A stretch of 64,000 nucleotides of DNA from a virus. Positions 29,465 through 37,453 of this stretch are shown one piece after another; the stretch's first letter is position 1, and each line of letters starts with the position of its first letter. A model generated the notes under the pieces. The model ran no database searches. It was not told where the DNA came from and was given only the letters and a program-made list of their open reading frames with translations. Where the stretch lies: the IMG/VR virus record IMGVR_UViG_3300001796_000003, positions 7,577 through 71,576 of that record. The stretch is one strand, 5' to 3'. The translations under genes were made by a program, and so were the position numbers.

Positions 29465-29473
29465 TGTTACAAT
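29465..29473 (+). promoter_or_regulatory. extended -10 element TGTTACAAT
   Basis: TGnTAnAAT upstream of the structured leader of 29560. Confidence 0.55.
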
Positions 29474-29559
29474 CATTAAAGCAACCCTTGGGGAAATGTG
29501 AACCAAGATGCGACCATGAAGCCATTGTCTCATCTTAGTTCTCAACTTGGAGAATCATC

Positions 29560-31065
29560 ATGGCAGACAACGGATTCAAGATAAATAAAAGCGTAAATCT
29601 TAACCCCCAGGCGGGCACGCCGTCTAATCCTGTAGACGGAGATATTTATTACGACTCCGTAATTCAATCATTTGCTTATTATCACAATGGGGCTTGGGCT
29701 AACTTTGATTCCGTGGGAACAGTAGCATCCACACTTTGGTTAACAAGTGCACATCTTACTCCCGCTATTGTTCGAAATTCGATTGTTAAAATAACTGGCG
29801 GTGGCGTACTGTCGCATCTAGCTGGCATTTCAGCTAGCTTTAGTGGTCGAACCATCAGTATTTATAACGCTGGTACCGCCACCATTGTCGTAGAACCAAA
29901 TGACGCCAATGAAGCCACGGTTAACAACCGAATTCAAACGCCAACAGGCGGCAGCATGAATTTGGTGGCAGGAGAAATTGCCGTATTCACATATGACGTG
30001 GTGGCCAGTCGATGGCTTCTAGTGTCTATTTCATCTAATGCTGGAGCACAAGTTATAGCAACAACTTCAAATCCTGGCTTAGTAACTCTACATCAAGCAT
30101 CTTTGCTTCCACTTGACGGAGTAGTGTTGTCTGATGGAGACCTAAATACTGCTAACGGCGTTGTTGGTTTAAATGCCAACAGGGCCGTTAATATCGCAGC
30201 ACCATTAAGTTCAGTAACAGCTGTTACTATAACAGCTAATGGTGCGTCTAATGCTGTAGATCTCTTCGGCAGCATTGAATTGAAGACAGCCGGATCGGCC
30301 ATGTATGTATTTGGTGGCACCATTCTTGCGGGAGAAGCGCCGTCTGGAATAGATGGCGGAAAATTAGTCTTGAGTTTGCCCCATCCTACGCTAGATGGTG
30401 GCTTGATTCAAGCGTGGACTCGAAATGTTGGGGTAAATGAATCAATCTTTAAAATTGAAGAATCTACCGCTGGCGTTCAAGTGTTGATCATGGCCAATGC
30501 TACTAACGGCAGTTACATAACCGCAGGAGGTATTTCTCCTCTTACTGTTGGTTATGATGCACCAGAAGGATGGCGCTTTGAAGTTGATGGGTCTATTTCT
30601 AAATTAAGTTCAGCCGCACAAATTCACAACGTGGCAGACCCTTCTTCGGCACAGGATGTCGCCACTAAAAACTACACAGACACAAATTTCCTAAGAATTA
30701 CGGGCAGCACGACTCAAACAGTAACAGGGGTTAAAACGTTTACGGGAAGAATGTTCTCAACACTTTCGCCTGGAGCGTCAAACGCCAACATCTGGATTAC
30801 TAACTCAGATACAACTAATGATTCTAATGCATTGCGCATTGATTCATCGTCGGTTGGTACGGCAGTCCGTGTGGCCAACTCAAATACTGGTCGTGCTCTT
30901 CAAGTTCAGAGTGCTGTTGGTTCACCTACACTTCGCGTGGTCGCTCATGATGGTTCGGTCGCTCCTTCATCCTATTCTGGAGTAGCAGGCGATATTATCT
31001 TCGTGGGCGGGATTTACAATAAACTCTACGTGTACGATGGGAGTACGTGGAACGCTTGCTGGTAA
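29560..31065 (+). CDS. tail fibre/spike protein
   Basis: 501 aa; fibre-type motifs (GDIYYDS; IHNVADPSSAQDVATKNYTD; QTVTGVKTF; GDI....N.LYVYDGSTW). Confidence 0.75.
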   Translation: MADNGFKINKSVNLNPQAGTPSNPVDGDIYYDSVIQSFAYYHNGAWANFDSVGTVASTLWLTSAHLTPAIVRNSIVKITGGGVLSHLAGISASFSGRTISIYNAGTATIVVEPNDANEATVNNRIQTPTGGSMNLVAGEIAVFTYDVVASRWLLVSISSNAGAQVIATTSNPGLVTLHQASLLPLDGVVLSDGDLNTANGVVGLNANRAVNIAAPLSSVTAVTITANGASNAVDLFGSIELKTAGSAMYVFGGTILAGEAPSGIDGGKLVLSLPHPTLDGGLIQAWTRNVGVNESIFKIEESTAGVQVLIMANATNGSYITAGGISPLTVGYDAPEGWRFEVDGSISKLSSAAQIHNVADPSSAQDVATKNYTDTNFLRITGSTTQTVTGVKTFTGRMFSTLSPGASNANIWITNSDTTNDSNALRIDSSSVGTAVRVANSNTGRALQVQSAVGSPTLRVVAHDGSVAPSSYSGVAGDIIFVGGIYNKLYVYDGSTWNACW

Positions 31066-31425
31066 TTACATTTCTTCCATGGCGCTCTCAAAGAGAGCTG
31101 AAGCAACATCAAAAACTAAGACTTTTTCGCAGTTATTGGCCTCAACGAACGGTTCTGACCAATAAATCTCAATGGTTGGAGGCTCGTTGAGATCGAGAAA
31201 GTTGACTTGACAATTCTTGTCTAGTTTACTTAATTTGTGACGCAGTTGATCTACGGCAAGAGAGCGCAAGTACCATTCAGTTTTCTTTATCTTTTCGTAC
31301 TCAGTGAAGAACTCATTAACCCATTTGCTTACAGTTTTAACTTCAGAAACTTGAGCTGCAATTCGCTTTTTTCGAGCAACTTTAGCCTCGATTTCCTTCA
31401 TCAAGTCTCGCTTAATATTAGACAC
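31066..31425 (-). CDS. hypothetical protein
   Basis: 119 aa, overlapping the primase stop; last gene of the minus-strand block. Confidence 0.7.
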   Translation of the reverse strand: MSNIKRDLMKEIEAKVARKKRIAAQVSEVKTVSKWVNEFFTEYEKIKKTEWYLRSLAVDQLRHKLSKLDKNCQVNFLDLNEPPTIEIYWSEPFVEANNCEKVLVFDVASALFESAMEEM

Positions 31426-32299
31426 TTTGAACCTTCTGTAAATTGGTTATAAAACGCTTTGCGACTGCCTCGTGGCCTTCTCTTTTTAGAAGATCATTCC
31501 AATCGATTTCATCGTCTAGAGTTGTAGAGATGTGAGTAATGCACTGTGCTTTAACGGCCTTTGCTAGGCCATCCTGGCCAGCCTCGTCTGCATCATAAGC
31601 CCCAATTACCTTGATCCCCTGATTACAAAGTTCCTTCAAAACTTCCTGATGGTGCTTAGTGACATTACAACCCGACGTGCAAATGAACTTCCATGGATTC
31701 CGCGCTATGCCACCATACTTGATATTAAAGGCCTGTTGAAGACTAAGGGCATTGAAATATCCTTCACAAACGCCAACAGCTTTGATGTTTGTAACGAACG
31801 GTCCTTGATTCCACATACCAAAGAGCATGCCTAAGCGAGTACCAGGAAGCGTGTCGATCTTCTGTTCATCTCCGTCTCTGTTGATTCGCGTCTTGAGGAA
31901 GCGGATTTGGGCGCCACAAAAATGATCTTGAAAATAATAGGGGAACACTATTCCTTCACGATCTACATCGTAGTACATGTCGCCGTCAAGATTAAGACCT
32001 CGACTTTGCACGTAATCTACGCCTTTTTGAGCTCGAGGATCAGAAAGCGGAATAAACTTGATTGGCCACTGCATCACCTGAAGTTCGTTAGGTGTAGCTT
32101 CTTTGAAGTCAAAGTCGCCTTTAAGGAATTCAGGTAATGAAATTTCGCCCAAATAGCAGTACTGTCTAAGAGAATAACCGCGTTGACACACTCCCTTACA
32201 ATAGACCCAAATATCCCCACTCTCGGGGTCCTTGTGCCAATATAGAGTGTCGTTGGGTCGCTTACAAATTAAGCATTTTTTAGTCGAAAGACCACTCAT
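31418..32299 (-). CDS. dnaG: DNA primase (Zn-finger + TOPRIM)
   Basis: N-terminal CxxC..H..CxxxC; TOPRIM motifs VCEGYFNAL and YDADEAG. Confidence 0.85.
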   Translation of the reverse strand: MSGLSTKKCLICKRPNDTLYWHKDPESGDIWVYCKGVCQRGYSLRQYCYLGEISLPEFLKGDFDFKEATPNELQVMQWPIKFIPLSDPRAQKGVDYVQSRGLNLDGDMYYDVDREGIVFPYYFQDHFCGAQIRFLKTRINRDGDEQKIDTLPGTRLGMLFGMWNQGPFVTNIKAVGVCEGYFNALSLQQAFNIKYGGIARNPWKFICTSGCNVTKHHQEVLKELCNQGIKVIGAYDADEAGQDGLAKAVKAQCITHISTTLDDEIDWNDLLKREGHEAVAKRFITNLQKVQSV

Positions 32300-33354
32300 G
32301 TTCTTTTCCCCGCAAGAAAATCTTCACCAGAAAACTGTTCGTCATCTTTTGCTTTATCCATAAATGCGTCCAAGTCTTTTTCTGCCCGTTCGCGAGTCAT
32401 GGCTGCCTTACGAATTGCTAATTCTTGTTCTGAAAGCTCTTCTAAGAATCTTCCTTTATGATACGGACATGTAATCTTCCACCCCTGATTGCCGAAGCGA
32501 TCCTTATGAATCAAAAAATCTGATGTCTTTTCTTCGACATTTGGAACAACCTCCACAATCACTGTGGCAGGTTCAACCACAGCCGAACATTCCTTAATGC
32601 GAGCATCAATATCCTTTACGCCACCCTTTTTCCCTAGCGAATAAAGTTGTACGAACATACACACGGGGATCTCACACTTCTTAATATATCGACCTAACCA
32701 AATACGAAAATCGTTCAAGACATCGTAGCGGGAACGCGTTTTATCTTGAACTGAGTCTTTAATCAGCTGATAGTAGTCGATAAGTACTGCCGAGAAGCCT
32801 TGACCAATAATCTTATCAAGAGCAGCCTGTACCCATTCAATCTTAGTTGTGCCGCCTTCTCGCCACGAGACGTCGAGAACTTTAACATATTGAGCAATAT
32901 CACGACAAAGATGAACACACTTGCTGATCGTCTCTGGCGCCATTCGCCCCTTTTTATATTCATTGAAGTCAGCTTCGAGCTCTAGAGCCGCAATACGAAA
33001 AAGAACATCCTGTTCAGGTTCCTCATTAGAAATGACAAGAATTTTCTTCTTCTGTTTCCATAACGGCCACGAGATATTTGCTGCAACAGTTGATTTGCCA
33101 TTGCCAGATAGTGCACAAAAGAGATAGAGATTTTCTCTCGTGAAGGGAATGGCAGCCGACAAGCTATCATTAATGAGAGTGATCTGTTGACTCACCATCT
33201 TTTTATAGCTAGCGACGCTTTGTACAATTTTCATCATCGATTCTGGATTACCAAACTCAGTAATCTCATCGAGTGAGATATCAACCTTTTGCTCAACTCT
33301 TACGCCTGATCTTGCTAGATTTCGCTCTTGTTCTTCTTTAGTTAGTGTTGCCAC
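32296..33354 (-). CDS. dnaB: replicative helicase, DnaB/SF4 RecA-fold
   Basis: Walker A SGNGKST, SNEE, Walker B VLIDYYQL, FVQL, K.R.G finger (HKDRFG); adjacent to primase. Confidence 0.8.
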   Translation of the reverse strand: MATLTKEEQERNLARSGVRVEQKVDISLDEITEFGNPESMMKIVQSVASYKKMVSQQITLINDSLSAAIPFTRENLYLFCALSGNGKSTVAANISWPLWKQKKKILVISNEEPEQDVLFRIAALELEADFNEYKKGRMAPETISKCVHLCRDIAQYVKVLDVSWREGGTTKIEWVQAALDKIIGQGFSAVLIDYYQLIKDSVQDKTRSRYDVLNDFRIWLGRYIKKCEIPVCMFVQLYSLGKKGGVKDIDARIKECSAVVEPATVIVEVVPNVEEKTSDFLIHKDRFGNQGWKITCPYHKGRFLEELSEQELAIRKAAMTRERAEKDLDAFMDKAKDDEQFSGEDFLAGKRT

Positions 33355-33889
33355 TCGTTCCCTTCCCTAAGATACTTTCGATCTCGTCCATTGGATTATA
33401 TTCCGCAGCTGCTAACGCGGCAGCCCGACGTCGCTGTATCTCTTCTACAGTGAGACGCGGAAATGCATCCGCGTGCTCGCGCTGAAGTTTATATTCCTTG
33501 GCTGTCATATTGCCAAAGAGAGCTGGTTCAGTTTCTTCTTGTTCAACCTTTTTCTTCTTAACCGACAACGGGTAAATATTAAAAAAGGCCGCTTTGGCCT
33601 TTGCTTCAATCTCTCCAACCCAGTGCTCCTCAAAGTCTCGCTCACTTAAATGGTTAAAGGTAGGGCCGCCTTTGAGTTTTTTAAACATAGTTTTAACTAG
33701 TGAAGCACTTGGAGCGTGTGCTTTGACGGCTTTCGGCATGTACTCATATGCTTCTTCAAGAGAAAGATCTTCACTCTTCATAATCTCAAAGAGCTCTTCA
33801 AAATTCCCTTGAACAGAAGCTGACCGTCTGTCTCGACTCGCTAGAGTCGCCTTCCATTGTTCAAATAATAGATCGTATCTAGAAGCCAT
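33338..33889 (-). CDS. hypothetical protein upstream of helicase
   Basis: 183 aa, AAGGAA SD, overlaps the helicase start. Confidence 0.7.
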   Translation of the reverse strand: MASRYDLLFEQWKATLASRDRRSASVQGNFEELFEIMKSEDLSLEEAYEYMPKAVKAHAPSASLVKTMFKKLKGGPTFNHLSERDFEEHWVGEIEAKAKAAFFNIYPLSVKKKKVEQEETEPALFGNMTAKEYKLQREHADAFPRLTVEEIQRRRAAALAAAEYNPMDEIESILGKGTSGNTN

Positions 33890-34026
33890 TACGGTTCCTT
33901 AAGTATTGGTAAATGTGGATGGATTCATCTCATATTTTACAATGAGAATAAAAGGGGCCTTCTTATCAATGATTTGAGGTAGATAGAGATCATAGTCCCA
34001 TGAAGTTATGAAGTACAATACTACCA

Positions 34027-35439
34027 ATGAACCTCATTTTAACAAACGACAAGCTCACTATCACAGATCCATCTGACAACGTGATCGATTTTGTCAAGAC
34101 AAATCTATCATACACCGATAAGGCCAAACAATATCAATTGAAGCGTATGAGCAAGAACCCGTATTTACGAACTAGCGCAGCTTATGTAGAGTTGCAAAAG
34201 CAAGTAAAGGGGAAGGTCTATAGCTTAGACGCTAATATTCTTACTGTCCCCTCTGGCTTTATCACCCTTTTTGAGCAAAACTTCCCTAGTTTAACTTACA
34301 CAGATTTACGGAAAGAAACTGGCCGAAAGATTTCGCTGCCCTGGGATAAAACGCCGCATTCTCCTCGTGACTACCAATTAGAGGTAATCAACCTCCTAAT
34401 GAATGCTACCCAATATCGGGGAATTGTTAATTTCGCGACGGGTCTGGGCAAAACTCTTACTGCGCTGCACTTTATTAAGCAATATAAGCGCAATGCACTG
34501 ATCGTGTGTCCGTCAGATTCGGTTGCCCAACAATTCTACACGCAATGCGTGGACGCTTTCGGTAAGAACATGGTCGGTTTCTATGGTGGTGGCAAGAAAA
34601 AGATAAACGATATCACTATTGGAATAGCGGCATCTATTACCCGAAACACCGAAGAATTTAAGAATGCCGACTTTGGAGTCGTGATTTTCGATGAGATTCA
34701 TCATATAGCCGCCGACACATTTTACAATATCGCAGAAGCAGTTGCAGGAGTAGGAAAGGTGTTGGGGCTTACAGCTACTGATTATCGCTCTGACGGCAAA
34801 GACATCATGATTACAGCAGGTTGTGGTCCTGTAATCGCTCGTCGAGATGTAAAGTGGGGAATTGAAAAGGGCTTTCTTGCAGAACCTTACTTTATTGTCC
34901 GAGAAGTTAATACTGGCGGCAAAGACTTTGGTGACAACAAGATTAAAAACTATAAAGAACACGTGTTAAACAATTCCATTATAAAAAATATCATTTATAA
35001 TGACGCACTTAACATGATAAATGCTGGTCGATCTGTGTTGATATTAGTCGACGAAGTCGAACATGGTAAAGAGCTTAGTAAACAGCTTGGAGTGCCTTTT
35101 GCCACCGGGGAAGATTCTAAATCACAAGATTACGTCGATGATCTGAACAAGGGAAAGGTAAAGGGCCTTGTAGGAACGGACGGACGTATTGGGGAAGGCA
35201 CCGATACGCAAAACGTGGATGTCCTAATCATGGCTAACTTTGTTGCATCAAAGGGTCCGGTCATCCAGGCCGTGGGTCGCAGTTTGCGCAAGACTTCAAC
35301 GAAGACTAAATGCGTCGTATTGGACTACATCCCACTAGGGTCAGCTCAACTCACACGACATGCTCACAATCGAATTAATTATTATCAAGACATAACAGAG
35401 AAAGTTAAGATTTTCAGTTCAACGGGAGAACAAAAATGA
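34027..35439 (+). CDS. uvsW: SF2 DNA helicase (UvsW-like)
   Basis: PRDYQ, ATGLGKT, DEIHH, LTAT, IGEGTD, QAVGRSLR motifs. Confidence 0.9.
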   Translation: MNLILTNDKLTITDPSDNVIDFVKTNLSYTDKAKQYQLKRMSKNPYLRTSAAYVELQKQVKGKVYSLDANILTVPSGFITLFEQNFPSLTYTDLRKETGRKISLPWDKTPHSPRDYQLEVINLLMNATQYRGIVNFATGLGKTLTALHFIKQYKRNALIVCPSDSVAQQFYTQCVDAFGKNMVGFYGGGKKKINDITIGIAASITRNTEEFKNADFGVVIFDEIHHIAADTFYNIAEAVAGVGKVLGLTATDYRSDGKDIMITAGCGPVIARRDVKWGIEKGFLAEPYFIVREVNTGGKDFGDNKIKNYKEHVLNNSIIKNIIYNDALNMINAGRSVLILVDEVEHGKELSKQLGVPFATGEDSKSQDYVDDLNKGKVKGLVGTDGRIGEGTDTQNVDVLIMANFVASKGPVIQAVGRSLRKTSTKTKCVVLDYIPLGSAQLTRHAHNRINYYQDITEKVKIFSSTGEQK

Positions 35440-36002
35440 AAGTGACATTTTACGACAACAAGCCTGGCAAAGGTTTTTTGCAGTGGCTACTTAAGACTTC
35501 GTGGCTCGTGGGTTGCTGGCTACAGAAGCTATTTGGTGCAGTCGACGAATACTATGGAATTGAATCTTTAGAGGAGATGAGAGACATTCTCAAGAGCAAG
35601 GGAAAAACTTGCTCCAGTATTCAGTATTGGGGACATGGAAGTGCAGGAACAATTTGGATTGCCGAAATGCCGCACTTTGATTATCAATTCTTCTGGCTCG
35701 CTGCGTATGTCAATCCTGATACTGTTGTTTGGTTCCGTGTTTGTAGTCTGTTCCACGGAAAGCTAGGAGAGAGATTCTCGAGAACACTTGCAGATCATCT
35801 TGGTTGCACTATAGCTGGACATACTAGGATCATAGGTCTATTTCAAGGTGGGCTTCACACACGTAAGCCCTTCACGGAAGGTAGCTGGTCTCTTGAAGAA
35901 GGCTCTGAACAAAACAGACTGTCTTGGCTTAGAGATGATTTTAGATTCTGGAATAAGAATACTGTTCTATGTCTTAGAACGACTGTCCCCAAGGGATGGT
36001 AA
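35436..36002 (+). CDS. hypothetical protein with clan-CD (caspase/C80-like) His-Cys signature
   Basis: IQYWGHGSAG and VWFRVCSLF in the order and context of the HG...C dyad. Confidence 0.5.
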   Translation: MKVTFYDNKPGKGFLQWLLKTSWLVGCWLQKLFGAVDEYYGIESLEEMRDILKSKGKTCSSIQYWGHGSAGTIWIAEMPHFDYQFFWLAAYVNPDTVVWFRVCSLFHGKLGERFSRTLADHLGCTIAGHTRIIGLFQGGLHTRKPFTEGSWSLEEGSEQNRLSWLRDDFRFWNKNTVLCLRTTVPKGW

Positions 36003-36192
36003 TTAAATTCTGTTTCTTCTCTTTTCAAATCAATACTAGAAGAAAGAAAAGAGTATCGATTTAGTCAAGAGAAGAAGTATTTTTTACTTCTTATCTTACC
36101 CCGCGATCGTACTTCACTAGTTTTTAATAGTGACCAGTTGTTTGCTAACTATTCCATTCCTGAAGTATAAGATCTATCACTAGGAGATTTGA

Positions 36193-36717
36193 ATGGATAC
36201 GACTACCCTTAACAATGCTAAGAACTTAGCTAAAAGAATTTACAACGAGACATACGAAATTAAGGTTGAGGTTTTAGAAGGCGGAAAAATGCCGACTAAG
36301 GCTCATGCAACTGATGCTGGCTGGGATCTCTACGCCACTGAAGACATCACTATCTATCCCGGTCAGGTTATGAAGCACCCTCTCAATATTCGTATGGAGC
36401 TCCCGCCGAATACTTGGGCCGAGATTACTTCAAAGAGCGGCCTTGGCGCTAAGGGACTTATGGTCTATGCTGGTGTTATTGACCAGGCTTATAGAGGTAT
36501 TCCGCACGTTGTCTTTACGAACCTCTGGCTCATTGACAGAGTTGATGAAGAAGGCTTCCCGGTAATGCGTACGACGCCTATCGTTATTAAGAAGGGTGAG
36601 AAATTAGCTCAGCTCATCATGAGCCCCTATAATGAGGGTTTCTTTATGACTCAAGTTGATAAGGTGAATACAGACACTGAGCGTAGTACAGGTGGTTTTG
36701 GGTCAACTGGAGTATAA
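36193..36717 (+). CDS. dut: trimeric dUTPase
   Basis: Five motifs: AGWDL, KSGL, GVIDQAYRG, LAQL, RSTGGFGSTG. Confidence 0.95.
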   Translation: MDTTTLNNAKNLAKRIYNETYEIKVEVLEGGKMPTKAHATDAGWDLYATEDITIYPGQVMKHPLNIRMELPPNTWAEITSKSGLGAKGLMVYAGVIDQAYRGIPHVVFTNLWLIDRVDEEGFPVMRTTPIVIKKGEKLAQLIMSPYNEGFFMTQVDKVNTDTERSTGGFGSTGV

Positions 36718-36724
36718 CATACAG

Positions 36725-37453
36725 ATGGCACCTTCAAAACCGACTCCCATTTTAGATGTTTATGACCCTTCTGTACGGGTATCAGCCCTTGATCCAATGG
36801 ATGCAAATGCTGTTTGGCCCATGAATACAGAAGTATGTATTACACGAGTCCCTATTAGAAAACGGGATGGTTTTGATGTTGAAGTCTTTAAGAAGTTTGC
36901 TGCTAAACTTAAACAACATATGATCCCAAACGGGATTGTGTTTCTTATATGTTATGCACCAATTGAGGCCAAAAGTCGGCCCTTTGAGATTGCAAAGGCA
37001 ATGACGGATGCTGGTTTTTTTCACATAGATAATATTGTAATTGAGAAAACCTGGTTTCCGGGTAAACGTTCTGAAGTAAATCTCGTAAACTCACACGAGT
37101 ATGTCTTGCATTTTTGCAATGGCGATGTCTGGAAACTAGATCGACTTCCTATTCGCCGGTATCTTCAGACAGATGAAGATGTGAGTTGTCCGGGTAATAC
37201 ATGGCAAGTAGAAACAGGATCGTTAGATGAAGCTTATCCGGTTGATCTAGCTGAACTCCTAATCAGGATGACGGATTGTTTGCCAGGCAGTATTATTCTT
37301 GACCCATTTGGGGGCGGAACTGCTTCATTGAAGGCGGCTTTGAATCTTGGACATATGTTTTATGGTTTTAACGTAGACAGCAAGATGATGAAAAAGTGCG
37401 ATCAAGTGCTCAAAGAGCATCTCGATAAGACCAGAATTAAGAGGGACAAATAA
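36725..37453 (+). CDS. beta-class N4/N6 DNA methyltransferase-like protein with degenerate catalytic motif
   Basis: HEYVLHF, GNTW, YPVDLAELLI, ILDPFGGGTAS (motif I); motif IV position reads CITRVPI rather than (D/S/N)PPY. Confidence 0.75.
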   Translation: MAPSKPTPILDVYDPSVRVSALDPMDANAVWPMNTEVCITRVPIRKRDGFDVEVFKKFAAKLKQHMIPNGIVFLICYAPIEAKSRPFEIAKAMTDAGFFHIDNIVIEKTWFPGKRSEVNLVNSHEYVLHFCNGDVWKLDRLPIRRYLQTDEDVSCPGNTWQVETGSLDEAYPVDLAELLIRMTDCLPGSIILDPFGGGTASLKAALNLGHMFYGFNVDSKMMKKCDQVLKEHLDKTRIKRDK

